From the NCBI GenBank assembly GCA_020845975.1, contig JADLET010000077.1, positions 13,721 through 77,720 on the forward strand: a stretch of DNA of 64,000 nt, written 5' to 3'. This stretch comes from Gammaproteobacteria bacterium. Its GTDB lineage: Bacteria > Pseudomonadota > Gammaproteobacteria > SZUA-140. The position numbers were made by a program, and so were the translations under genes. The notes beneath the pieces are model-generated. The model did not search any database and was not told the origin of the DNA. It saw only the letters and a program-made list of their open reading frames with translations. This document shows positions 11,884 through 23,596 of this stretch, in pieces. Each line of letters starts with the position of its first letter. The stretch's first letter is position 1.

Positions 11884-12482
11884 TCGGACGGCTGCGCGGC
11901 ACGCTGGTTCAGCGTCAGGTCCCGTTCCTGCTGCTCGACGTCAACGGTATCGGCTACGAGATCGAGGCCACCATGAGCACCTTCAACGATCTGCCTGCCC
12001 TCGGCGCGGAATGCGTGGTCTATACCCATCTGATCGTGCGTGACGATGCCCACCTGCTGTACGGTTTCGCCGACCTCGGTGAGCGCGCGCTGTTCCGTGA
12101 GCTGATCAAGGTCAACGGCGTCGGCGCCCGCATGGCGATGAACGTGCTGTCCGCCATGCCGGTGGGGGAATTCGCGCGCTGTATCCATGACAACGACGCC
12201 GCGTCGCTGACCCGGGTGCCGGGCATCGGCAAGAAGTCGGCCGAGCGCCTGATTATCGAGATGCGCGACCGCCTCAAGGATGACGCACTGGGGTCGGCAC
12301 CCCTCGCCGCCGTCGTGCGCCCGCTCGGCGCCCCGGCCGATCCGGTGCATGACGCGGTCAGCGCGCTGGCCGCGCTAGGCTACAAACCGCACGAGGCGAG
12401 CCGCATGGTGCGGGACATTGACGTGACGGGCAAGAACAGCGAGGAGATCATTCGCTCCGCGCTGCAGGCGGCGGTGAGGTAA
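11880..12482 (+). CDS. ruvA: Holliday junction DNA helicase RuvA
   Basis: GTG start overlapping the ruvC stop (GTGA). MIGRLRGTL... with helix-hairpin-helix motifs GVGARMA/GIGKKSAER. Confidence 0.9.
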   Translation: MIGRLRGTLVQRQVPFLLLDVNGIGYEIEATMSTFNDLPALGAECVVYTHLIVRDDAHLLYGFADLGERALFRELIKVNGVGARMAMNVLSAMPVGEFARCIHDNDAASLTRVPGIGKKSAERLIIEMRDRLKDDALGSAPLAAVVRPLGAPADPVHDAVSALAALGYKPHEASRMVRDIDVTGKNSEEIIRSALQAAVR

Positions 12483-12485
12483 TCG

Positions 12486-13538
12486 ATGATCGAATCCGAC
12501 CGTATTATCATGGCACAGGGCCAGCGCGGCGAGGATGTGGTCGACCGCGCCGTGCGTCCGTCCCGTCTCGCCGATTATGTCGGGCAGTTGGCCGTGCGCG
12601 AGCAGATGGAGATCTTCATTCGCGCCGCCGGCGCGCGCAACGAGGCGCTCGACCACACCCTGATCTTCGGACCGCCCGGCCTGGGCAAGACCACGCTCGC
12701 CCACATCATCGCCAACGAGATGGGGGTGAACCTGCGCCACACCTCGGGCCCGGTGCTGGAGCGCGCCGGCGACCTCGCCGCGCTGCTCACCAACCTGGAG
12801 CCCCGCGATGTGCTGTTCATCGACGAAATCCACCGCCTGAGCCCGGTGATCGAGGAAGTGCTCTATCCGGCGATGGAGGACTACCAGCTCGACATCATGA
12901 TCGGCGAGGGGCCGGCGGCGCGCTCCATCAAGCTCGACCTGCCGCCGTTTACCCTGGTCGGGGCGACCACCCGCGCCGGCCTGCTCACCTCGCCGCTGCG
13001 CGACCGCTTCGGCATCGTGCAGCGGCTGGAGTTCTACACCGTCGAGCAGCTCGCGGCCATCGTGACGCGCGCGGCCGGCATCCTCGGTGTGCCGATCGAC
13101 GCGGCGGGAGCGGGCGAGATCGCGCGCCGCTCGCGCGGCACCCCGCGCATCGCCAACCGGCTGCTGCGCCGCGTGCGGGATTTTGCCGAGGTGCGCCAGG
13201 ACGGGCGTATCACCGGGGCGGTGGCCGATCAGGCGCTGCGCATGCTGGCTGTCGACGGCGGTGGCCTCGACGCCATGGACCGCCGCCTGCTGCTGACCAT
13301 CATCGAGAAATTCGACGGTGGCCCGGTTGGAGTCGACAGCCTGGCGGCCGCGATCGGCGAGGAGCGCGGCACCATTGAGGACGTGATCGAGCCGTTCCTG
13401 ATCCAGGAAGGCTATATGATGCGCACGGCGCGCGGCCGCATGGTCATGCGTAGCACCTACCTGTACCTCGGGCTGACCGCGCCAGCCCGGCCGGTGTCGG
13501 CGCCCGAGCCGGCGCCGGATCTGTTCGGGGCGGAATGA
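12486..13538 (+). CDS. ruvB: Holliday junction DNA helicase RuvB
   Basis: Walker [12 protein letters not shown]; full-length RuvB similarity. 350 aa. Confidence 0.95.
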   Translation: MIESDRIIMAQGQRGEDVVDRAVRPSRLADYVGQLAVREQMEIFIRAAGARNEALDHTLIFGPPGLGKTTLAHIIANEMGVNLRHTSGPVLERAGDLAALLTNLEPRDVLFIDEIHRLSPVIEEVLYPAMEDYQLDIMIGEGPAARSIKLDLPPFTLVGATTRAGLLTSPLRDRFGIVQRLEFYTVEQLAAIVTRAAGILGVPIDAAGAGEIARRSRGTPRIANRLLRRVRDFAEVRQDGRITGAVADQALRMLAVDGGGLDAMDRRLLLTIIEKFDGGPVGVDSLAAAIGEERGTIEDVIEPFLIQEGYMMRTARGRMVMRSTYLYLGLTAPARPVSAPEPAPDLFGAE

Positions 13539-13659
13539 CGCGAAACCCGTGGTTTTTTCGAGCCAACTGCGGAAAATCCGCGTGATTAACCATGACACGA
13601 CCTTCGATTTCCTCTAATATTCCCGACTTTGTTGCCCCGTGACGGCGGCGCGATCGCAT

Positions 13660-14097
13660 ATGTTTTACTGGCCGGTGCGAGTGTATTACGAGGATACCGA
13701 CAGCGGCGGCGTGGTGTACTACGCCAATTACCTCAAATACCTGGAGCGGGCGCGGACCGAGTGGCTGCGGAACCTTGGCGTCGAACAGGATGTCCTGGCG
13801 AGGGACGTTGGCCTCATCTTCGCTGTGCGCTCGCTCACGATCGATTACCTGCGTCCGGCACGTTTCAATGAGCAGCTCTATGTCGGCGCCGCGGTGAGCG
13901 GGCGCCGCGCGGCGAGCCTCGATTTCACCCAGCGCGTGGTGCGGGCGGACAGCCAGCCGGCGGCGGAGGCGGTGGGAGACGGCGGGGACGGCGAGTTGTG
14001 CACGGCCCTGGTGCGGATCGTGTGCGTGGACGCGGAAACCCTGCGGCCGCGGCGGATCCCGGATTACTTGTTGGCGGAGACGATGCGTGAAGGTTGA
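13660..14097 (+). CDS. ybgC: Tol-Pal system-associated acyl-CoA thioesterase YbgC
   Basis: 4HBT hot-dog fold (YYEDTDSGGVVYYANYLKY); positioned immediately upstream of tolQ. Confidence 0.8.
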   Translation: MFYWPVRVYYEDTDSGGVVYYANYLKYLERARTEWLRNLGVEQDVLARDVGLIFAVRSLTIDYLRPARFNEQLYVGAAVSGRRAASLDFTQRVVRADSQPAAEAVGDGGDGELCTALVRIVCVDAETLRPRRIPDYLLAETMREG

Positions 14098-14104
14098 TTT
14101 GTCG

Positions 14105-14805
14105 ATGTTTCATCTGGTGTCGAACGCCAGCTTTCTGGTGCAGATGATCATGTTGCTGCTGCTGCTGGCGTCGGTCGCGTCCTGGACGCTGATCTTCCGC
14201 AAGTGGCGCGAATTGAAGGCGGCGCGCCTTTCCATGGATCAGTTCGAGGACCGCTTCTGGTCGGGCGGCGACATCGCCGATCTGCATCAGAAGATCTCGG
14301 CGCGCAAGCAGGTGATCCAGGGCGCCGAGCAGCTCTTCAATATCGGTTTCACCAGTTATCTGCACATCCTGAAAAAGAAGGGCGTGAGCGCGCCCGAGGT
14401 GCTGGACGGCACGCGGCGTTCCATGCGCGTGGCGCTCAACCGCGAGGCGGACCGGCTCGAGATGCACCTGCCGTTCCTGGCCACCGTCGGATCGATCAGT
14501 CCCTTCGTCGGTCTGTTCGGCACCGTGTGGGGCATCATGAATTCGTTCCGCGCGCTCGGCAATGTCAGCCAGGCGACGCTGGCGATGGTCGCGCCCGGCA
14601 TCGCCGAGGCGCTGATTGCCACCGCCATGGGTCTGTTCGCGGCCATCCCGGCCGTCATCGCCTATAACCGCTATGTGCACGAGGTGGAGCGGATGATCAA
14701 CCGCTACGATAACTTCCTCGAGGAATTCACCGCCATCCTGCAGCGCCAGACGCCGAGCGGCCTCGGCGGCGGCAGGTCCGCGGTTGTCACGGAGGAGGCC
14801 GACTG

Positions 14806-14806
<1 letters not shown>
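14105..14806 (+). CDS. tolQ: Tol-Pal system protein TolQ
   Basis: MotA/TolQ/ExbB family, three TM segments; first in the tolQRAB order. Start could instead be the upstream GTG at 14087. Confidence 0.85.
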
Positions 14807-15237
<431 letters not shown>

Positions 15238-15241
15238 TGCG

Positions 15242-16129
15242 ATGAAACGCATGAACCTGCTGGCGGAGATCGCGTCCGGCCTCGGGGAGTGGCTGCGGGA
15301 GCTGGCCGCCCGGCCGCGATATCTGATTTACGCCGTGCTGGTGCACATCGCCTTCTTCACCGTGCTGGTGATGAGTTTTGAGTGGACGCCGACGCCGGTC
15401 GGTTCGGCCGCGCCGGAGGTCGATATCATCGAGGCGGTGGTGATCGACGAGACCAGGATTCGTGCCGAGCAGGAGCGCCTGAAGCAGGCCGAGGCGCGGA
15501 AGACGGCTGAGGAGGCGCGCAAGCGCGATCAGTTGCGCAAGGCCGAGGAAGCGCGCGTGCGCGAGGAGCAGCGCCTGGTCCAGCTGAAGAAGGAACAGGA
15601 GGCGGCGCGCAAGGCGGCCGAGGTCGCGGAGAAGCAGGCCGCCGAGGCGAAAAAGCAGGCAGAAGTGGCGAAAAAGCAGGTCGAAGCGGCACGCAAGGCG
15701 GAAGACGCGCGCCGGGCCGAGGACGCCCGCAAGGCGGAAGAGGCGCGCAAGGCGGCTGAAACAGCGCGCAAGGCCGCGGACGCGAAGCGGGCCGAGGAGG
15801 CCGCGCGCCAGGCCGCCGCCACGCGGGAACGCGCCGCGCGCGAACAGAGTGAAGTGGATAAATACGTCGTGATCATCAAGCAGAAGGTCGAGCGCAACTG
15901 GATCAAGCCGGTGCAGTGGCAGGGTCTGCGCTGCCGGGTGCGGGTCAATCTGATCCCCGGCGGGGACGTGATCGACGTGAAGATCGTGGCGGGCAGCGGC
16001 GACGCCCTGTTCGACAGCTCGGTCGAGGCGGCCGTGCGCAAGGCCTCGCCCTTGCCGGTGCCATCGGCCAGCGATCCGCTGTTCGACCGTTTCCGTGAAC
16101 TGGAGTTTGTTTTCAATCCTCAGGGTTAA
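15242..16129 (+). CDS. tolA: Tol-Pal system protein TolA
   Basis: N-terminal TM, long Ala/Lys/Glu-rich helical domain, C-terminal TolA domain III. Confidence 0.8.
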   Translation: MKRMNLLAEIASGLGEWLRELAARPRYLIYAVLVHIAFFTVLVMSFEWTPTPVGSAAPEVDIIEAVVIDETRIRAEQERLKQAEARKTAEEARKRDQLRKAEEARVREEQRLVQLKKEQEAARKAAEVAEKQAAEAKKQAEVAKKQVEAARKAEDARRAEDARKAEEARKAAETARKAADAKRAEEAARQAAATRERAAREQSEVDKYVVIIKQKVERNWIKPVQWQGLRCRVRVNLIPGGDVIDVKIVAGSGDALFDSSVEAAVRKASPLPVPSASDPLFDRFRELEFVFNPQG

Positions 16130-16131
16130 TC

Positions 16132-17424
16132 ATGCAGCTATCGTTCAGGACATTCGTATTTCTCGCCTGTTTTTCGTTCACGGTGAACGCGCAGGCGGTG
16201 CTGACCATCGAGATCACCCAGGGCGCCGCCGGGGCGATGCCCATCGCCGTGGTGCCGTTTTCCTGGGGCGGGCAGGAGGCACTGCCGGTGGACATCGCCG
16301 GCATCGTCTCGGCCGACCTGCAGCGCAGCGGCCGGTTTTCCCCGCTGGCGGTCAAGGACATGCTGTCGCGCCCGAGCGACGCCGCCCAGGTCAATTACCG
16401 CGACTGGCGCATGGTCAACGTGGACCATCTCGTGGTCGGCAAGGTGATGCCGCAGGCGGACGGTTACATGGTGCAGTTCCAGCTCCTCGACGTGATCAAA
16501 CAGACGCAGCGCGCCGGCTACACCGTGCGCTCCGATCGCGCCAAGCTGCGCTGGACCGCGCACCAGATCGCCGACATGATCTACGAGTCCCTGATTGGTG
16601 AGCCGGGGGCCTTTGCCACCCGCATCGCCTTCGTGTCAGAGATCCTCGAGGCGGGCAAGCGCAAATATTCCCTGCAGGTGGCGGATTCGGACGGTTTCAA
16701 CGCGCGCCCGATCCTGAAATCCGCCCAACCCCTGATGTCGCCCGCGTGGTCACCGGACGGTAACCGTCTGGCCTATGTCTCGTTCGAGACTGGCGCCGCG
16801 GCGATCTATGTCCAGGACGTCAATACCGGCCGGCGCGAAATCGTGTCCCATGGCAAGGGCATGAACAACGCGCCCTCATGGTCATCGGACGGCAGAAAAT
16901 TGGCGCTGGTCCTGTCCAAGGACGGCACTCCCGAGATCTACATCCTCGATCAGGCGTCCAAGCAGTTGCGCCGGATGACCAACAACTTCGCCATCGACAC
17001 CGAGCCGGTCTGGACACCGGACGGTTCGGCGATAGTATTTACCTCCGATCGGGGTGGTGGTCCGCAGATCTACCGCCTGTCGGTCGGATCGGGCGAGACA
17101 ACCCGGCTGACCTTCGAGGGTAAATACAACGCCCGGCCGGTGCTCTCCCCCAACGGGAAAATCCTGACCTTCGTGCACGGGACGGGGAACCAGTTCAATA
17201 TCGCGACGCTCGAACTCGCGACCGGGAACATGCAGGTGCTGACGAATTCGCAACTCGACGAGTCGCCAAGCTTTGCACCCAATGGTAGCATGGTCATTTA
17301 TGCGACCAAGGACAGGGAAAAAGGATTCTTATCCGCAGTGTCGGTGGATGGCCGTGTGCGCCAGAAGCTGGTACTGCAGGAAGGACAGGCACGCGAACCC
17401 GCCTGGTCACCGTACGTCAGGTGA
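16132..17424 (+). CDS. tolB: Tol-Pal system beta-propeller protein TolB
   Basis: Signal peptide, TolB N-domain and WD40-like beta-propeller repeats. 430 aa. Confidence 0.9.
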   Translation: MQLSFRTFVFLACFSFTVNAQAVLTIEITQGAAGAMPIAVVPFSWGGQEALPVDIAGIVSADLQRSGRFSPLAVKDMLSRPSDAAQVNYRDWRMVNVDHLVVGKVMPQADGYMVQFQLLDVIKQTQRAGYTVRSDRAKLRWTAHQIADMIYESLIGEPGAFATRIAFVSEILEAGKRKYSLQVADSDGFNARPILKSAQPLMSPAWSPDGNRLAYVSFETGAAAIYVQDVNTGRREIVSHGKGMNNAPSWSSDGRKLALVLSKDGTPEIYILDQASKQLRRMTNNFAIDTEPVWTPDGSAIVFTSDRGGGPQIYRLSVGSGETTRLTFEGKYNARPVLSPNGKILTFVHGTGNQFNIATLELATGNMQVLTNSQLDESPSFAPNGSMVIYATKDREKGFLSAVSVDGRVRQKLVLQEGQAREPAWSPYVR

Positions 17425-17486
17425 GTAATGGGCGTTTTGGCAAATTGAACATCATGTAATTAAGAAAAGACACTAAGGAGACAGTC

Positions 17487-18014
17487 ATGAAATTTTTTAC
17501 CAAGTTGAGTGTTGCGGTACTTCCCCTGGCGCTGCTGGCCGCCTGCGCCTCGACGCCGGACGAGCAGGCCTCGTCGGCGAACGGTGGCGTCCAGTCGATG
17601 GGTTCGAGTGATGGCGCGCAGAGCATGGGCGCGGACACCTCCGGCGCCATGCAGATGAATCCGCTCGACGATCCGAACAGCCTGCTGTCGAAGCGCGTCA
17701 TCTACTTCGATTTCGACAAGGCGGACATTCGTCCTGAGTTCCGCGATATCGTGCAGGCGCATGCCGCCTACCTGAGCCAGAATGGCAACGTCAGTGTCAC
17801 CCTTGAGGGTCATGCGGACGAGCGCGGTTCGCGCGAATACAACATCGGTCTCGGTGAGCGTCGCGCCATCGCCGTCAAGAACGTGCTGATGCTGCAGGGT
17901 GCGGGCGGCAGCCAGATCGAAACGGTGAGCTACGGCGAAGAGCGTCCGGTCGCGATGGGTCATGACGACCAGTCCTGGTCCCAGAACCGCCGCGTCGAAA
18001 TCGTCTACCGTTAA
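17487..18014 (+). CDS. pal: Peptidoglycan-associated lipoprotein Pal
   Basis: Lipobox LAAC and OmpA-like C-domain (NIGLGERRAIAVKNVL); RBS aaggag upstream. Confidence 0.9.
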   Translation: MKFFTKLSVAVLPLALLAACASTPDEQASSANGGVQSMGSSDGAQSMGADTSGAMQMNPLDDPNSLLSKRVIYFDFDKADIRPEFRDIVQAHAAYLSQNGNVSVTLEGHADERGSREYNIGLGERRAIAVKNVLMLQGAGGSQIETVSYGEERPVAMGHDDQSWSQNRRVEIVYR

Positions 18015-18035
18015 AAACGATCCGGCGGAACGGGC

Positions 18036-18863
18036 ATGGAACGCGCGACACGGACGGCAGCGGCTTCTCTACTGCTGATGATGGGGGCCGTACATACGGC
18101 CTCCGCATTGCCGCCCATCGTGGAGTCTCAGCCCGTTTCGTCATCGGCATCATCGTCATCCGTGCAGGGCCCGGCAGGCGCCGGGCCCGCACAACGTCCG
18201 CAGTCCCTGGAGGAGCGCGTCGCGCGCATCGAGCGACAGCTCGACAACCAGACGCTCGTCGATATGTACGCCCGGCTCGATGCCCTGACGCAGCAGGTGC
18301 AGGAGCTGCGCGGGATCATCGAGGAACAGGCCCATAACACCCAGGGTGTTGAGCAGCGTCAGCGCGAGATCTATCTCGACTTCGATCGGCGCCTGCGCCA
18401 GCTCGAGACACAACTTTCGGGCATGCAGTCTTCCGCCTTGCCACCGCTCGAGACCCCGGCATCGCCTTCCTCCGACAGCGGAGATCAGGCCGCCTACCAG
18501 CAAGCCGTGGACGCCCTGCGCGCCGGCCGCAATCAGGAATCCATCACCGCACTGCAGGATTTCCTCACCCGCTATCCCGAAAGCCAGTATGCCTCCAACG
18601 CGCAGTACTGGCTCGGCGAGGCCAACTACGTCACGAAGCGGTACCCGGAAGCCGTCGCCGAGTTCGAAAAGGTGCTCAAACTCTACCCCGACAGCAACAA
18701 GGTGCCGGACGCCATGCTCAAGCTCGGCTACAGCCAGTACGAACTCGGCCAGGCCGACCAGGCCAGCACGACCCTCAAGACCATCATCTCCAAATACCCC
18801 AGCAGCACCGCCTCCCAGCTCGCCCAGAACCGGCTGCAGAGGATGAAGACAGGTGGGCGTTAA
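18036..18863 (+). CDS. cpoB: Tol-Pal system protein YbgF/CpoB
   Basis: Signal peptide, coiled-coil region, C-terminal TPR repeats; last gene of the tol-pal cluster. Confidence 0.85.
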   Translation: MERATRTAAASLLLMMGAVHTASALPPIVESQPVSSSASSSSVQGPAGAGPAQRPQSLEERVARIERQLDNQTLVDMYARLDALTQQVQELRGIIEEQAHNTQGVEQRQREIYLDFDRRLRQLETQLSGMQSSALPPLETPASPSSDSGDQAAYQQAVDALRAGRNQESITALQDFLTRYPESQYASNAQYWLGEANYVTKRYPEAVAEFEKVLKLYPDSNKVPDAMLKLGYSQYELGQADQASTTLKTIISKYPSSTASQLAQNRLQRMKTGGR

Positions 18864-18924
18864 TAGTTGCTCCCGTCAGATCTTTTATATTTGCGGATTA
18901 CCAGGGAAAATAAGCCGTATCGCA

Positions 18925-18989
18925 GGGTGATGAGTAATGGGTGATGGGTGATTGTGCTCTCGTCACCCATTACCCATTACCCATCACGC
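18925..18989. repeat. Hairpin element with GTGATGG/CCATCAC heptamer-tandem arms (copy C, compact)
   Basis: gggtgatgagtaatgggtgatgggtgat tgtgctctcg tcacccattacccattacccatcacgc: near-perfect hairpin with a 10 nt loop between cpoB and queE. Confidence 0.8.
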
Positions 18990-19009
18990 TTTCAGGTTCA
19001 GGTCGTATC

Positions 19010-19693
19010 ATGCACGTCCAGAGCAGACAGTCTTCCGGTGCGGCTATCGACACGCCCACTTTGCGTATCACCGAAATTTTTTTCTCGATTCAGGGCGAGT
19101 CGCGCTCGATCGGGTGGCCGACGGTGTTCGTGCGCCTGACCGGTTGTCCGCTGCGCTGTGATTACTGCGACACCGCCTATGCCTTCACCGGCGGCGAGGC
19201 GATGTCGATCGATGCCGTTCTGGCCGAGGTGCGCCGGCATCCGGCGCGTCACGTCACCGTGACCGGCGGTGAGCCGCTGGCGCAGAAGGGCTGTCTCCCG
19301 CTGCTGACTGCGTTGTGCGACGCGGGCTACGAGGTCTCGCTCGAAACCAGCGGCGCGCTCGATGTCGCCGCGGTCGATCCGCGCGTGGTGAAGGTGCTGG
19401 ATCTGAAGACGCCGGGCTCGGGTGAGGAGGCGAAGAACCGTCTTGAGAATCTCGCCCGGCTGACGCCGCGCGACCAGATCAAGTTCGTGATCTGCGACCG
19501 CGCCGACTACGACTGGATGAAAAGCATGATCGCAACGCATGGCCTTGCCGAACGCTGCGAGCTGCTGCTGTCACCGGTGTGGGGCCGCCTGGATCCGGCG
19601 CAGCTCGCCGGATGGATGCTCGCCGACGGCGTGCCGGCGCGCCTGCAGGTACAGCTCCACAAGATCCTGTGGGGCGAGGCGCGGGGGCGATGA
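19010..19693 (+). CDS. queE: 7-carboxy-7-deazaguanine synthase (radical SAM)
   Basis: CxxxCxxC-type cluster ([10 protein letters not shown]). Start set at MHVQSR...; the upstream extension in the ORF track lies inside the hairpin repeat. Confidence 0.85.
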   Translation: MHVQSRQSSGAAIDTPTLRITEIFFSIQGESRSIGWPTVFVRLTGCPLRCDYCDTAYAFTGGEAMSIDAVLAEVRRHPARHVTVTGGEPLAQKGCLPLLTALCDAGYEVSLETSGALDVAAVDPRVVKVLDLKTPGSGEEAKNRLENLARLTPRDQIKFVICDRADYDWMKSMIATHGLAERCELLLSPVWGRLDPAQLAGWMLADGVPARLQVQLHKILWGEARGR

Positions 19694-20391
19694 GTATGGC
19701 CGCGACCGCCAGCCGCAGGCGCGCCGTCGTGCTGCTCTCGGGCGGGCTCGACTCCGCGACCCTGCTCGCGCTGGCGCGTGAACAGGGCTTCGCCTGTCAC
19801 GCGCTCAGCTTCGCCTATGGACAGCGCCACGGCGCCGAGACCATCGCCGCGGCGCAGGTCGCCGATGCGCTCGGCGCGGTCGAACTGCGCGTCATGAGTC
19901 TGTCCGGCCTGGGCGACCTCGGCGGCTCGGCGCTGACCGACACCAGTATCGCGGTGCCGGAGACACCGAGCACCGGCATCCCGGTTACCTACGTGCCCGC
20001 GCGCAACACGGTGTTTCTCTCGCTTGCGCTCGCCTGGGCCGAGGTGCTTGGCGCGCGCGACATCTTCATCGGCGTCAACGCGGTGGACTACTCCGGCTAT
20101 CCCGACTGCCGGCCCGGGTTCATCGCGGCCTTCGAGCGGACGGCGAACCTCGCGACCCGGGCCGGCGTCGAGGGCGAGGGCGGGCAGTTCCGGATCCACG
20201 CCCCGCTGATCGCGCTGGGCAAGGCCGACATCATCCGTGAGGGCCTGCGCCTCGGCGTCGATTACGCGCTCACCGTGTCCTGCTACCAGGCCGATCCGCA
20301 TGGCCGGGCCTGCGGGCGCTGCGACTCCTGTCGCCTGCGGGCCGAAGGTTTCCGCGCCGCCGGCGTCCCGGACCCGACGCGCTATGGGTGA
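19690..20391 (+). CDS. queC: 7-cyano-7-deazaguanine synthase
   Basis: SGGLDS PP-loop and a C-terminal Zn-binding Cys cluster (CGRCDSC). Start ATGA overlaps the queE stop. Confidence 0.9.
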   Translation: MSMAATASRRRAVVLLSGGLDSATLLALAREQGFACHALSFAYGQRHGAETIAAAQVADALGAVELRVMSLSGLGDLGGSALTDTSIAVPETPSTGIPVTYVPARNTVFLSLALAWAEVLGARDIFIGVNAVDYSGYPDCRPGFIAAFERTANLATRAGVEGEGGQFRIHAPLIALGKADIIREGLRLGVDYALTVSCYQADPHGRACGRCDSCRLRAEGFRAAGVPDPTRYG

Positions 20392-20524
20392 TGCGGCGGG
20401 AATTCCGCCCGGATTTGGATTGGCGCGGGAGAGGTTTTGCGGCTAAAATAGCCCATTCCTTCGGGCCGCGGGTATGAATCCCGCCCGGGTCGAACAATCC
20501 AGCAGCAACTCAGATTACCGCATT

Positions 20525-20600
20525 GGGCCGTTAGCTCAGTTGGTAGAGCACCGGACTTTTAATCCGATGGTCCCGCGTTCGAGCCGCGGACGGCCCACCA
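20525..20600 (+). tRNA. tRNA-Lys (anticodon UUU)
   Basis: 76-nt cloverleaf: acceptor stem gggccgt/acggccc, anticodon loop cttttaa, T-arm ggttcgagcc, encoded CCA end. Closely matches E. coli lysT architecture. Confidence 0.9.
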
Positions 20601-20603
20601 AAA

Positions 20604-21086
20604 TCAGAAAGTTATGAAAGGAATAGACCTGCCGATCTTTCGGCAGGTGTTTATTGCCTGTCGTTTAGTCGATTCCCCCTTCTTGCGCAGCAAGTACCGG
20701 CCTCTCATATCGCTATGCCTCACAACAGAGGCAATCGTACTAGCATTGACGCGCCAGTGGGGCGGCATCTGGAACAGGACGGGACCGAGCTTGTCGCCAA
20801 GGATGCTGATGCGTTCGAAGAAAGCTGGAAGAATCCCGGAGGGATCATTCAGTTTTCTCATGTGAGTGATATAACGGCTGGCCTTGGCGGCGAATACAAA
20901 ATTATCAGACACTGATTGATACCAGTTCCTGAGTGTGTCCTTGTTAGGAAGTTTATAGAATGTGCAGTTGATTTCGACACTCTGGAGCCGGCTGGCATAG
21001 TAGTCCAGCATGTTCGAATCGGATATCTTATCGGGGTAGAATGCTGTTTTCCAATGGGCGTACGACCATCCCGACGTTCCGATCAT
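20604..21086 (-). pseudogene. DUF72 (YecE-like) gene, C-terminally truncated
   Basis: The N-terminal 130 aa carry the DUF72 hallmark (IGTSGWSYAHWKTAFYP...VEINCTFY...GPVLFQMPPHW). Similarity then stops and all three frames hit stops about 150 bp from the tRNA 3' end. Lower GC than the core. Confidence 0.6.
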
Positions 21087-21437
21087 GATGTTTCCGCGAG
21101 TGGTTACCCCTGCTTATGAGAGGTTTCACGCCGCGCTGCATTATAGTGCTCACCGCCGCAGGCTGCCGGTCTCGATACGGTGGGTCTAACGGCAGGCAGC
21201 GATCACACTCCAGCATTCCCCCGGTGTGCTGGACGCGAGGACCAGACCGACGCTGCGATTGCTTCCGATGGTAAGCAGGTTTGGTTGGCATGGCTTGCAT
21301 GCATCTCAACGGCGAATGAGATTAACTCCGGTTGCGCCGGTATGCTCGCTTAGGGCCCCGAAAACCTCGATAATATCGCCCCCGTCACACCGTTACGTGC
21401 GCATTCAAGCCGCACGTGAGTCTGTCTGGGGATGAAA

Positions 21438-22199
21438 TCAGTGTCCCTTCCAGTCTCGGTCCCGGGCATAGTGTTCATACAGATTGATCTCGTGGCTGCG
21501 CTTGAACGGCTGAGTGGCATCGTATTCCGGGCAGTTTTTTATGCTTGTCGCGTCGAGGTCGACTTGCACCTTCCTGTCGACCCACTGAACCGACTTCAAC
21601 CACTGCGGGGGGAGCAGAACCTTGCGTCCAGGCAGCCAATTCCGTGTGTCAACGACTAGATAACGTAATGCCCAGGTGACATCGTCGACGAGGAAGTCAT
21701 CGACATGGCCGAGATCACCATCTGTGGCGGAAATATGGTATCCAACCATCTCACTGGAGGAGCGGATGTGAACTTCCTTTACCTCGGGCTCATCGGCCGT
21801 CATCACAACAGGAGTGTCACTCATAGGATGCACTACTCCGGAAGGATCGGGATATGCGCCCCATAACTGATTACCGACCCAGTACAGGGGCAAAGCGTAA
21901 GTCTGGTGATAGCTCATCTCGTACTGTCGGGAAACCGGTGCGTGCTCATCCAGCGGCGGCGATTCCTTGATCTGCTTCCTGGTGAGGTAGACGGGCATTC
22001 TCTTTCCGGTCCAGTCAGGCTCATCAAGGAACACCGGCGAAATGATCACCTTGCGTCCCGGCAACCATTTGGAGACCCGTGCGACCATGTAGCGGACGAC
22101 CCAGGTACGGTCGTCGAACAGAAAATCCATACATGGACCGATCTCCCCATCGCTCGCGCTTATGATGTAGCCCTTTAATTCATTGATGCTTCGCAGCAT
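21438..22199 (-). CDS. Tandem PRC-barrel domain protein
   Basis: Two repeats of the PRC-barrel pattern (DGE/DIGxVxDFLxDDxTWxxRYxVV...WLPGRKVxIxP). Lower-GC islet. Confidence 0.7.
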   Translation of the reverse strand: MLRSINELKGYIISASDGEIGPCMDFLFDDRTWVVRYMVARVSKWLPGRKVIISPVFLDEPDWTGKRMPVYLTRKQIKESPPLDEHAPVSRQYEMSYHQTYALPLYWVGNQLWGAYPDPSGVVHPMSDTPVVMTADEPEVKEVHIRSSSEMVGYHISATDGDLGHVDDFLVDDVTWALRYLVVDTRNWLPGRKVLLPPQWLKSVQWVDRKVQVDLDATSIKNCPEYDATQPFKRSHEINLYEHYARDRDWKGH

Positions 22200-22421
22200 G
22201 GCATATTCCATCACTCACTATCTGGATCTTTCTGTAAGTTTGGATGTCCCAGCCTGGCGTTTCGAGCGCGCGAGAGCGAGAGTGTCAGCCCGGCTTCATC
22301 AAATGACTTCATTGTTCCAGCTTAACCCTGTAAGCGATGGTTCCAAATATATCAATATGTGCCGATTCCGCATTGACCGATATCAATCTGAATGTGGAAT
22401 GGACAACGGGCGTGAAGGCGC

Positions 22422-22763
22422 TCATTCTGGCGTCGAGGAATCTGATAGAGGAATGATCACCAGTTTCGGCGGGCTGAGGATTTGGACCGAGGCGCGCGCA
22501 TTCCTCAGCGTGTTTATGAGTGTCGCCAGTCCTTCCAGGCCTCTGACCTTGGCCATTACGGTCAACAGTTCCGGTTCCCCGCTTAAGTTCATTCTCTCAG
22601 GGGTCGCGTCCGCTGCGTCGGGATTGAGTACGCGAAAAAGGGCGTGGTTGTAATTGGCAGGAAGGGTGATCTCGATCCGGTTGGCCTCGGTCAGAAATTT
22701 GGGAATCGACGCGATGGTCTCGTTTCCCTGCCACAATAACCGCACCACGGGGGACTTTTCCAT
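22422..22763 (-). CDS. Hypothetical protein
   Basis: 113 aa; strong RBS aaggag 7 nt upstream of the ATG; same orientation as the HdeD and PRC genes. No recognisable domain. Confidence 0.5.
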   Translation of the reverse strand: MEKSPVVRLLWQGNETIASIPKFLTEANRIEITLPANYNHALFRVLNPDAADATPERMNLSGEPELLTVMAKVRGLEGLATLINTLRNARASVQILSPPKLVIIPLSDSSTPE

Positions 22764-22808
22764 CACCGACTCCTTGCCGTTTCGCTGTCATTGAGACCGA
22801 AGGTCAGT

Positions 22809-23381
22809 CTAATGTCTCGCGGCAGCAGCCAGCATGATGAGCATCCAGCCGGAAAAGATCAGGTCGATGCCGACCGACAGTCCGAGAATCCATAAGGCAG
22901 CTTCTGGCCATTGCGTCAGGATCAGCACGGCGAGCATCAGTGCCAGGACGCCGCTCGCCATCGACCAGTTCCAGTGATCATAGGGCCGCAAGCGGAGTGC
23001 GAGCAGGACCCTGAGCGCACCTTCCGTAAGCAGAAATGCCGCGAGCAGGAGGGTGAGAGACAATACCCCCGCCAGCGGATAGGCCAGAAGCGCGAGTCCG
23101 ATGCCCGCGGACAGCAGACCGCCGGACAGCCAGTGCGGGAATCCCCTCCATGAGGGTTTGCGGATCACGATGACCGCCTGCGCCACGCCGATGACCAGGA
23201 GAATCGCTCCCGTCAGCATCCCGATGGCAAGGCTCGCGAAGTATGGTAATGCGATCGCCTCAATGCCTAGAAAGGTCATCATGACGCCGAGAACAAGAAA
23301 CGATGCTCTGTTCTCCCTGACCTCGGAGGAAAGCACGGTAGATCGGTGGTTCGTGGACATGATTTGTGTCGCGTCACTCAT
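22809..23381 (-). CDS. hdeD: HdeD/DUF308 family acid-resistance membrane protein
   Basis: Six predicted TM helices with the short-loop HdeD-like pattern; AT-rich promoter region upstream (23382..23596). Confidence 0.6.
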   Translation of the reverse strand: MSDATQIMSTNHRSTVLSSEVRENRASFLVLGVMMTFLGIEAIALPYFASLAIGMLTGAILLVIGVAQAVIVIRKPSWRGFPHWLSGGLLSAGIGLALLAYPLAGVLSLTLLLAAFLLTEGALRVLLALRLRPYDHWNWSMASGVLALMLAVLILTQWPEAALWILGLSVGIDLIFSGWMLIMLAAAARH

Positions 23382-23596
23382 CTCCGTCTTCCGGTTCTTG
23401 CGAAGCTTCGCATTCGCGGGATATGTGCTGTACCCGGATCCAGCTATCTGCAGACAAAAATATCAGCGCCGTGACGTAGGATCATTGAGAATGATCAAAT
23501 AGTCCCTAATACGTCGTATCCAGGTGTTCGAATTAGATTGAGATATCTCAAGGAACCATACGCATCAATACGCTGAGAATAACAATACCGGAGCGG

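Noticed and set aside
20916-21309. ORFs 20916..21119 (+) and 21028..21309 (-) near the DUF72 fragment
   Set aside because: They are antisense to or overlapping the DUF72 remnant, short, and without RBS. Likely noise in a decaying region.
22183-22653. 156-aa plus-strand ORF overlapping both the PRC-barrel gene start and the 113-aa hypothetical gene
   Set aside because: The opposite-strand gene has a perfect AAGGAG RBS and a coherent sequence. This plus-strand ORF has no RBS and overlaps two co-oriented minus-strand genes.
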